Counted from the first letter of the stretch, positions 1-6,205 are shown. The stretch: 31,014 nucleotides of DNA from a virus (IMGVR_UViG_3300006120_000061:1-31014); one strand, 5' to 3'. Program-made: numbers and translations. The notes: generated from the sequence alone by a model not told the origin.

Positions 1-92
1 CCTTTAAGCAAATCTTTCTTGTCATCTGAGTCGTAATAATCTTTACCATCGTTGTCTATGATGTAACCAAATGGTGCGTATATCTTACCCAT
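1..92 (-). CDS. hypothetical protein, N-terminal part (runs off window edge)
   Basis: Read manually: ATG at 92-90, MGKIYAPFGYIIDNDGKDYYDSDDKKDLLK, open to position 1; starts just after the stop of the upstream minus-strand ORF and is preceded by AGAGGA. Confidence 0.6.
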   Translation of the reverse strand, partial: MGKIYAPFGYIIDNDGKDYYDSDDKKDLLK

Positions 93-93
93 A

Positions 94-243
94 TTATTTT
101 CCTCTTACCTTTTCTATTATTAAATTGATTATACTTGCTATTATTCCAATAATTATTATAGGAACTGACATTACTAACGAAAATATTGTTGATGCCACAG
201 CTATTATTAATCCTAGCCAAAACAATGTTATTAGAATATTCAT
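94..243 (-). CDS. small hydrophobic (membrane) protein, 49 aa
   Basis: Read manually, below the ORF-track cutoff: MNILITLFWLGLIIAVASTIFSLVMSVPIIIIGIIASIINLIIEKVRGK; tiles exactly between neighbouring minus-strand ORFs. Confidence 0.65.
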   Translation of the reverse strand: MNILITLFWLGLIIAVASTIFSLVMSVPIIIIGIIASIINLIIEKVRGK

Positions 244-244
244 G

Positions 245-550
245 TTAGAAACCTAGTATTCCTTCTAGCCAATCTGGTGTAGCTTTCGGAGCAACTTGTT
301 CTGCTCGCATAGACTTCCACTTTCTTGATTCTTTAACTTTATCTGTTGCTGGGTATTTACCTTCTTGCTGTATCTTACGCCTAACTCTAGTAATAGTTTC
401 AGGTGAAGTAGCTTTCATAAACTTTTCTTGCTGTGCTGGGCTAAAGTATAAACCTTGTCCTTCCCAGATTCGTAGCATTAGTTCTTTATCGCTTGATCTT
501 GTTTCAGGAAACATGTGCAAAATGTTTTCTACTTTAGTTGCGGTTTTCAT
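245..550 (-). CDS. hypothetical phage protein, basic, possible helix-turn-helix (SPETITRVRRKIQQEG)
   Basis: ORF track 101 aa; ATGA overlap with upstream ORF; function is inference. Confidence 0.7.
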   Translation of the reverse strand: MKTATKVENILHMFPETRSSDKELMLRIWEGQGLYFSPAQQEKFMKATSPETITRVRRKIQQEGKYPATDKVKESRKWKSMRAEQVAPKATPDWLEGILGF

Positions 551-648
551 ATATCCCTACTTTCTATTATTGCAATTATCAGGTAAGCAACAAATGTTGC
601 TATAAATATTCCTGCTAATATTTCTACAGTTAGTATTAGTGAATCCAT
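547..648 (-). CDS. small single-pass membrane protein, 33 aa
   Basis: Read manually: GGAGGG SD then MDSLILTVEILAGIFIATFVAYLIIAIIESRDI; its TGA overlaps the next ATG. Confidence 0.65.
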   Translation of the reverse strand: MDSLILTVEILAGIFIATFVAYLIIAIIESRDI

Positions 649-656
649 ATACCCTC

Positions 657-1355
657 CTAGTAAGGAATTTTATCCATTAGTTTGCTTATATCTTCTTCTA
701 AGTCTATGTCTATTGCATTGTCTTCTATATGCTTGACTTCTGGTGCTAAGTCCATTGATTCACGTTTAGCACTTTTAGCCCACCATTCTATGTCTGATAT
801 AGCTTTGTCCATTTCTGACATCTTAACTTTGTTAACCTCTTTACCAAGTATTGTACTTAATAGGTTTAGAACTTCATCAGCTTCAGGATATTCTCCCCAA
901 CTGTTGTATGTCCATTTAACTTTATTAATAAGTAATGTAACTTGTTTAGCTGTTATGTAACGATCAGTAGTCGTTGAGTGTCCAGTCGGTGCTGTGTTTA
1001 CTCTGGCTTTGTGCATTTCATCGGCTGATGCTATTGATTCAATAACACCTATTCCCATAAAACCAAGCGCTCTACCTACGGCTGATGTTTCAGCGTTTTC
1101 AAGTGCAGCAGTCTTATTTACCATTCCGTCACCAATTACAGCTTGTGAGTAACCTGTAAAGCATCTGATAGTATCTGCGTCTGGTATAACTATAGCTTTT
1201 ATAATTATGTAATCGTTGCTAGGATCGCTAACTAGTTCAGTGGTTATTGATCCATTAGGATAGTTCTCATTAAAGAACTGTACTCGGTCAGACACTAGAA
1301 CATATTTTTTGCCTTTGATGTCTATTGCTTTGCTGGTTAATGATTTAGAAGTCAC
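657..1355 (-). CDS. putative single-strand DNA annealing/recombination protein (Rad52/Sak-like)
   Basis: 232 aa, GTG start with GGAGG SD; IKGKKYVLVSDRV, ENAETSAVGRALGFMGIG and IASADEM motifs recalled from phage SSAP-like proteins; acidic tail ending IPY. Confidence 0.6.
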   Translation of the reverse strand: MTSKSLTSKAIDIKGKKYVLVSDRVQFFNENYPNGSITTELVSDPSNDYIIIKAIVIPDADTIRCFTGYSQAVIGDGMVNKTAALENAETSAVGRALGFMGIGVIESIASADEMHKARVNTAPTGHSTTTDRYITAKQVTLLINKVKWTYNSWGEYPEADEVLNLLSTILGKEVNKVKMSEMDKAISDIEWWAKSAKRESMDLAPEVKHIEDNAIDIDLEEDISKLMDKIPY

Positions 1356-1506
1356 TTTTCCATTCCTCCATAGTTTTATTAATGTTGTGTATGTACTCGT
1401 TAAGTAAATTCTTTATGTCAGTTACTATTGCTGACTGTTCTTCCATTACTGTAGATAACTCATCAAGTGATGTAGTTAAGCTGTCTAATATTTCGTCATC
1501 CAACAT
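1345..1506 (-). CDS. hypothetical helical/coiled-coil protein, 53 aa
   Basis: ORF track gives 1345..1539; the start at ATG 1506 is preferred because it follows GAGGA and abuts the upstream stop. Confidence 0.6.
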   Translation of the reverse strand: MLDDEILDSLTTSLDELSTVMEEQSAIVTDIKNLLNEYIHNINKTMEEWKSDF

Positions 1507-1507
1507 T

Positions 1508-1759
1508 TTATTCCTCAACTCCTCTCCAATACTCAGCATCTAACCATTCAGCATCGTATTCATCATCTTGTCTTTTTAGTTCAGTGTGGTACTGATCATC
1601 AGTTACACCTGTACAATCTAATGCGTCACACTCAACGTGCATTTCGTCACAAGCTTTGTCGTACCATACGCAAAGGCTTTCATGGTTGCATAGGAAAGCA
1701 TCGTCATCACCAAGAACAAATGTTCCTGTATTGATGTAGTTTACGTTTATAGTTTTCAT
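1508..1759 (-). CDS. highly acidic Cys/His-containing hypothetical protein, first gene of the leftward operon
   Basis: 83 aa, 22 D/E versus 5 K/R, 5 Cys; SD AAAGGAG; directly downstream of a near-consensus promoter. Confidence 0.75.
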   Translation of the reverse strand: MKTINVNYINTGTFVLGDDDAFLCNHESLCVWYDKACDEMHVECDALDCTGVTDDQYHTELKRQDDEYDAEWLDAEYWRGVEE

Positions 1760-1793
1760 AGGGCGTTTACTCCTTTATTTAATTTACTTTACT

Positions 1794-1822
1794 ATAATAA
1801 GCTTAATCGTTTGCTATGTCAA
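1794..1822 (-). promoter_or_regulatory. sigma70-type promoter of the leftward (early) operon
   Basis: Minus strand TTGACA-N17-TATTAT. Confidence 0.8.
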
Positions 1823-1860
1823 CACTTTTTTATATAAATATAGTGTGATTTTCCTCACAT

Positions 1861-1942
1861 TAAAAATACCCCCTGTAATAGAGGGTATTATGGGGACATA
1901 AGAGAGTTAGAGTAAACGCACCATTAACAATTTAGTCCCCAT
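1861..1942 (-). ncRNA. candidate small RNA (about 80 nt) with closing stem and intrinsic terminator
   Basis: Minus-strand TATAAT at 1951-1946; ATGGGGAC (1890-1897)/GTCCCCAT (1935-1942) inverted repeat; then AATACCCTCT-loop-AGGGGGTATT-TTT hairpin (1889-1862); no ORF. Confidence 0.5.
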
Positions 1943-1965
1943 GCTATTATACACTAAATAATATA

Positions 1966-2124
1966 TGTTATAATGGTTATGTAGTTGGTGCAACTAAGTA
2001 CTTTATACACTCCAAATAGGTTTAATTTTGATCACCCCCAAATTAAAGCATTAATCAAATCGTTTTTTATTCTAAAATGACAAACTCTCGTTTATGAAAG
2101 AGCCACCGCACCAGGCTCTTTTTT
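1966..2124 (+). ncRNA. candidate small RNA unit: extended -10 promoter, about 140-nt RNA, terminator
   Basis: TGtTATAAT 1966-1974; TAGTTG-GTG-CAACTA hairpin 1982-1996; terminator AAAGAGCC/GGCTCTTT-TTT 2097-2124. Confidence 0.4.
2097..2124 (+). terminator. intrinsic terminator
   Basis: 8-bp stem AAAGAGCC/GGCTCTTT, 9-nt loop, T-tract. Confidence 0.75.
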
Positions 2125-2126
2125 AA

Positions 2127-2160
2127 TTGGCTTGACAGTAATGCTTACTAGGCATACAAT
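2127..2160 (+). promoter_or_regulatory. sigma70-type promoter, copy 1 of a 22-bp direct repeat
   Basis: TTGACA(2132)-N17-TACAAT(2155); TTGGCTTGACAGTAATGCTTAC is repeated exactly at 2224-2245. Confidence 0.75.
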
Positions 2161-2192
2161 AGTAGTTAGATTGTAGGATAACTCCAAAAATT

Positions 2193-2221
2193 AGAAGCCT
2201 TTTGCTGTAGGGCTTCTTTTT
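2193..2221 (+). terminator. intrinsic terminator
   Basis: AGAAGCCTT/AGGGCTTCT stem followed by T-tract. Confidence 0.7.
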
Positions 2222-2223
2222 AT

Positions 2224-2257
2224 TTGGCTTGACAGTAATGCTTACAAGGCTTAATAT
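2224..2257 (+). promoter_or_regulatory. sigma70-type promoter, copy 2 of the 22-bp direct repeat
   Basis: TTGACA(2229)-N17-TAATAT(2252). Confidence 0.65.
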
Positions 2258-2290
2258 GAACACAACTATTGTTAATGTTTAATGCAATAG

Positions 2291-2314
2291 AAAAACCCCT
2301 CGTTAAAGGGGCTT
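2291..2314 (-). terminator. intrinsic terminator (minus strand), same AGCCCC/GGGGTTTTT type as the late leaders
   Basis: Minus strand AAGCCCCT-TTAACG-AGGGGTTTTT. Confidence 0.6.
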
Positions 2315-2620
2315 GCTAATGTTTAATATTATTATACTAGCAATCTATATGTTAAAAATCAATAGTTATAAATACTTTTACAAATTAGTTCTCAGCACTA
2401 AACAAAACTGTAGTTATGATCTCGCTTAGGTATAGCTAATAGTGTGTGATAAATCCAGGCTCTGATTAATACCGCTAAACGTCATCCTGGTCAAATGCTG
2501 AGGGTGTAAGAAGGATACTACCTTATGCCCTCTGTGTTACACATTAAGATTTAATAACTTAAAGTAAAAGTAATAACAAGTGGGTAACCTAGCTACAGGT
2601 AAGGCGGAGATAGTGCCTAA

Positions 2621-2629
2621 TGTTATAAT
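2621..2629 (+). promoter_or_regulatory. extended -10 element, probable tRNA promoter
   Basis: TGtTATAAT about 75 nt upstream of the tRNA. Confidence 0.5.
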
Positions 2630-2702
2630 GCTATTGTTCTGGTGCAGTACCAAAATAGTACATAGGACTTAAATCTTTCACTGAGGAGCCAGAACACTCC
2701 AT

Positions 2703-2778
2703 GCCCTTGTAGCTCAGTTGGTAGAGCAATAGTTTTGTAAACTATGGGTCGCAGGTTCAAATCCTGTCGAGGGCTCCA
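2703..2778 (+). tRNA. tRNA-Thr (anticodon UGU), CCA encoded
   Basis: 76-nt cloverleaf: acceptor GCCCTTG/CGAGGGC, D arm GCTC-AGTTGGTA-GAGC, anticodon arm ATAGT-TT TGT AA-ACTAT, T arm GCAGG-TTCAAAT-CCTGT, ends TCCA. Confidence 0.97.
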
Positions 2779-2783
2779 GACTA

Positions 2784-2812
2784 TTGACATTACATAACCC
2801 TTATGTTATACT
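2784..2812 (+). promoter_or_regulatory. strong sigma70-type promoter with a palindromic spacer
   Basis: TTGACA-N17-TATACT with TGn extension; ACATAA-CCC-TTATGT inverted repeat at 2792-2806. Confidence 0.75.
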
Positions 2813-2818
2813 TATAGA

Positions 2819-2928
2819 AGTTAGATAAGTAATTACCTAACACTAAGACAATCCTAAACAGTGATATACGCTGAGCGAGCCAATAGGTAAGCCAATAAGT
2901 CGAACAAGCTGCAGATGGGTTGTTTTTT
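2819..2928 (+). ncRNA. candidate structured RNA/leader (about 110 nt) upstream of terS
   Basis: Hairpin GTTAG..TAA-GTAA-TTA..CTAAC; long-range stem AAGACAATCC(2845)/GGGTTGTTTT(2917); internal CAGTG/CGCTG hairpin; ends in a T-tract. Confidence 0.4.
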
Positions 2929-2951
2929 AGTTATGGTATAATGCAAATAAG

Positions 2952-3383
2952 ATGGCAACTGTAAAACAAATTAAAGCAGTTCAATATATAAGTCAGGGAG
3001 ATAGTGTATCTAAGGCTATGTTAAAGGCAGGATACTCTAAAGCTACAGCTAAAAACCCAGACCATTTGACAGAGCGTAAGGGTTTTATTGAATTGTTGGA
3101 AATTGTAGGAATTACTGATAATAAGTTATCCACAGTATTAAATGAGGGTTTATCAGCTACTAAAGCAGTTGTAATGGGTAAAGAGAGTGCAGACAGTTTT
3201 GTTGATGTACAGCCTGATTTTATGATTAGACACAAATACCTAGAAACAGCATTGAAACTTAAAGGACATACCAAAGAGAATACAACCAATAATAATACAC
3301 TCGTAATACCAATCTTAGGAGGGCTAAGTGTACAAAGCAACAGCGGCGACCAAGAAACTAGCTCAACTCAACAAGAGAATTAA
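2952..3383 (+). CDS. terS: terminase small subunit
   Basis: 143 aa; N-terminal HTH-like SKAMLKAGYSKATA motif; immediately upstream of and overlapping terL. Confidence 0.8.
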   Translation: MATVKQIKAVQYISQGDSVSKAMLKAGYSKATAKNPDHLTERKGFIELLEIVGITDNKLSTVLNEGLSATKAVVMGKESADSFVDVQPDFMIRHKYLETALKLKGHTKENTTNNNTLVIPILGGLSVQSNSGDQETSSTQQEN

Positions 3384-4596
3384 AGGCGTTGCTGGTGGTA
3401 CATCTGCTGGTAAAACTATTTCTATTCTTCAAATCCTTATAGACTATGCACAATCGATAGATAGCCAATTAATCAGTATAGTATCTGAATCGTTCCCACA
3501 CCTTCGTAGAGGAGCTATGAGGGACTTTCTGAACATAATGCAAGCTCATAACTACTTCAAAGACGATGAGTGGAGTAAGACAGAGTTTACTTACACATTT
3601 CCTAATAAGAGTAAGATAGAGTTTTTTAGTGCAGATCAACCAGGTAAGGTGCGTGGACCAAGACGTGATGTGTTATTTGTTAATGAAGCTAACAATATAG
3701 ACTATGAGAGCTTTGACCAGCTTAGGATTAGAACCAGAAAGAGCATTTGGCTTGACTGGAACCCTACTAACGAGTTCTGGTGGTACACAGATATATTGCC
3801 AAACTACAATGTAGACTTCATCACCTTGACCTATAAAGACAATGAAGCATTAGACATATCTATAGTTAGGGATATTGAGTCGCACAAACATAATAAACAA
3901 TGGTGGCAAGTATATGGTTTAGGACAACTTGGAGAACTTGAGGGTAAGATATTTACTAACTGGCAAATAATAGATGAAATACCCCACGAAGCTAGACTAG
4001 AGCGTAGAGGCATGGACTTTGGTTACTCCAACGATCCAACAGCCATAGTAGATATATATCACTACAACGGCGGCTTTATACTTGATGAGATGCTGTACCG
4101 CAAAGGATTAAGCAACAAGCAAATAGCAGACTTTCTTAACAATGCACCAGAACCAGAAACACTTATTATGGCAGACAGTGCCGAACCTAAGAGCATAGAT
4201 GAGTTAAGAATGTATGGAGTGAATGTACTTCCAGCACAAAAAGGTCAGGGCAGTATCAATCAAGGTATACAGTTTGTACAAGACCAACGCATCAGTATGA
4301 CCAAGCGCAGTCTTAACTTAATAAAAGAGTATAGAAATTATATGTGGAAAACTGACAAAGAAGGCAAGATAATTAATACAGCTGAAGATATGAATAATCA
4401 CTTGATGGACGCACTACGCTATGGCCTAGAAGGACACATAAAGAACTTTGATAAGAACGTTGGACTAGTAGATGCCACGCCACGACCAGACAAAATTGAA
4501 TCATTTGTTGTCAATGAACAAGGGGATGCTGAAGCATTTCATATTGACTTAGGTGCGATAGCTAAGAAATCACAAGAGGAGGAGTGGTACCAATGA
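3328..4596 (+). CDS. terL: terminase large subunit (PBSX/XtmB-like)
   Basis: Walker A GGTSAGKT, Walker B-like VLFVNEAN, DWNP coupling motif, nuclease motifs GMDFGYSNDP, ADSAEP and NHLMDALRY; GTG start with AGGAGG. Confidence 0.95.
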   Translation: MYKATAATKKLAQLNKRIKGVAGGTSAGKTISILQILIDYAQSIDSQLISIVSESFPHLRRGAMRDFLNIMQAHNYFKDDEWSKTEFTYTFPNKSKIEFFSADQPGKVRGPRRDVLFVNEANNIDYESFDQLRIRTRKSIWLDWNPTNEFWWYTDILPNYNVDFITLTYKDNEALDISIVRDIESHKHNKQWWQVYGLGQLGELEGKIFTNWQIIDEIPHEARLERRGMDFGYSNDPTAIVDIYHYNGGFILDEMLYRKGLSNKQIADFLNNAPEPETLIMADSAEPKSIDELRMYGVNVLPAQKGQGSINQGIQFVQDQRISMTKRSLNLIKEYRNYMWKTDKEGKIINTAEDMNNHLMDALRYGLEGHIKNFDKNVGLVDATPRPDKIESFVVNEQGDAEAFHIDLGAIAKKSQEEEWYQ

Positions 4597-4811
4597 GAAT
4601 AACAATATATATTTATCATAACCAAATACCACGCAGGGAGATAAGAATGATGCGCTGTCTTAAATGCAATAGACCTATGTTCAAGTATGCAAGTGATCAA
4701 GTTGTAATATCCAATGCTGGAGTAAGCTTAGACATGTACGAACCAAGTAATGCAGTCATAGAATACAAGTGTCATTCATGCGCAAGTCTATATAATATAT
4801 GGTTTCAATAA
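4593..4811 (+). CDS. zinc-ribbon protein resembling phage Mu Com
   Basis: 72 aa from ATG 4593 (ATGA overlap with terL); RCLKCNRPMFK...IEYKCHSC matches the Com pattern RCxxCNxxxFK...IExxCxxC as recalled. Confidence 0.65.
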   Translation: MRITIYIYHNQIPRREIRMMRCLKCNRPMFKYASDQVVISNAGVSLDMYEPSNAVIEYKCHSCASLYNIWFQ

Positions 4812-6082
4812 TGAAATATATAATTAACCACGCAGACATATACGAATGGGCTAAGAACTACAAAGGTGAGCCATTTGACGCTGTATTATGCGACCCACCT
4901 TATGAGCTAGGATTTATGGGTAAAAGTTGGGATTCAACAGGTATAGCATTTAACAAAGATATGTGGGAAGCAGTATTCAACATACTCAAACCAGGTGGAC
5001 ACCTTCTAGCGTTTTCGGGTAGTAGAACTTATCACCGAATGGCAGTAGCAATAGAAGACGCAGGATTTGAGATTAGAGATATGATTGAGTGGGTATATGG
5101 CAGCGGATTTCCTAAGAGTCTAAACATTGGTAAAGCAGTAGATAAGATACAGGGTAATGAAAGAAAAGTGATTGGCGAATATGAAACACACGATATACGC
5201 AATAATGCATTAATGGATAAAAAAGGATCAATGACTGTCCAAAATACTAAAGGCACATCACCCTACGAAGGCTACGGCACAGCTCTTAAACCAGCACACG
5301 AACCTTGTGTACTAGCTCGTAAACCTATAGAGGGTACAGTAGCTAACAACGTCTTAAAGCACGGTACTGGTGGGTTGAATATAGATGGTACGAGAGTTGC
5401 GACAACTGAAACATGGAAGAATGCAGCACAAGATATAAGGGGCGGAAATTTTAAGGGCAGTACAAAAGGCAGACACCCAGATTTAATAAAAGAAAGTAAC
5501 AGTTTGGGTCGCTTCCCTGCAAACCTTATCCACGATGGCTCTGATGAAGTAGTAGGGTTGTTTCCTGATACAAAGAGTGGGGCGATGAACTCAATAGCCA
5601 AACCAAACCAATACAACACATACGGCAAGATGTACGAACGAGTAGTCACTAATCCTGCTAGCCAAGGCTCTGCTGCTCGCTTCTTCTACACAGCGAAAGC
5701 CTCTAAGAGTGAACGTAATGCAGGACTAGAAAGAATGCCAGATATAGAACAGCATGGTCACTACGCACAAGATGAGTGGTCAAGACAGAATATGGGTAAT
5801 ACACCTGATGCTAAGCGTAAACCTACAAAGAATAACCACCCAACAGTTAAACCTTTATCTTTAACTAAATACCTAGCTAACCTAATCAAACCACCAACAG
5901 GCGGCAGACTCCTAGTTCCTTTTAGTGGTTCAGGCTCAGAAATGATAGGAGCTTTACAAGCAGGCTGGGAATATGTTGAGGGTGTAGAACTTACTGAAGA
6001 ATACATACCTATTGCAGAAGCTAGAATTAAATATTGGCTTTCAAAAGTAGAAGAAGAATCTATACAAACTAAACTTATATAA
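4811..6082 (+). CDS. orphan DNA N6-adenine/N4-cytosine methyltransferase (beta-type motif order)
   Basis: Catalytic DPPY near the N-terminus, HPTVKP and SAM-binding PFSGSGS near the C-terminus; start ATG 4811 overlaps the upstream TAA. Confidence 0.9.
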   Translation: MKYIINHADIYEWAKNYKGEPFDAVLCDPPYELGFMGKSWDSTGIAFNKDMWEAVFNILKPGGHLLAFSGSRTYHRMAVAIEDAGFEIRDMIEWVYGSGFPKSLNIGKAVDKIQGNERKVIGEYETHDIRNNALMDKKGSMTVQNTKGTSPYEGYGTALKPAHEPCVLARKPIEGTVANNVLKHGTGGLNIDGTRVATTETWKNAAQDIRGGNFKGSTKGRHPDLIKESNSLGRFPANLIHDGSDEVVGLFPDTKSGAMNSIAKPNQYNTYGKMYERVVTNPASQGSAARFFYTAKASKSERNAGLERMPDIEQHGHYAQDEWSRQNMGNTPDAKRKPTKNNHPTVKPLSLTKYLANLIKPPTGGRLLVPFSGSGSEMIGALQAGWEYVEGVELTEEYIPIAEARIKYWLSKVEEESIQTKLI

Positions 6083-6113
6083 TGAAATATAACACCTTAG
6101 AACACAATTTCAA

Positions 6114-6188
6114 TTCACTATTGAATCAATTAGTGTTATTATCTACCTATAGGCAACTATAACCAGCCCCATCGCATTGGGGTTTTTT
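6114..6188 (+). promoter_or_regulatory. promoter + TAGGCAA leader + terminator, copy 1 (before portal)
   Basis: TTCACT-N17-(TGn)TATTAT(6137); TAGGCAA 6150; AGCCCCA-TCGCAT-TGGGG-T6. Confidence 0.75.
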
Positions 6189-6205
6189 AATTTAAGGAGC
6201 ATTAC

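Noticed and set aside
71-256. Plus-strand 61-aa ORF and the many other antisense or nested ORFs in the track (e.g. 682..960, 2993..3340, 5272..5649, 15184..15573, 28515..29063)
   Set aside because: They are shadows of better-supported genes on the opposite strand or frame and lack SDs and operon context.
1890-1942. GGGGAC...GTCCCCA as a tmRNA or tRNA acceptor stem
   Set aside because: Only about 50 nt, with no T arm, no tag ORF and no cloverleaf.
2127-2250. Direct repeat as a mini-CRISPR array
   Set aside because: Only two 22-bp copies with a 75-bp spacer; the repeat is a -35 promoter core and no cas genes are present.
2611-2620. TAGTGCCTAA, nearly complementary to the TTAGGCAACTA leader box
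   Set aside because: Short, needs a bulge, and is explained by a local AGGC/GCCT hairpin and its position in a promoter spacer; chance is likely.
2871-2905. CTGAGCGA...CGAAC resembling a hammerhead ribozyme core
   Set aside because: Does not match CUGANGA/GAAA, and stems II and III cannot be formed convincingly.
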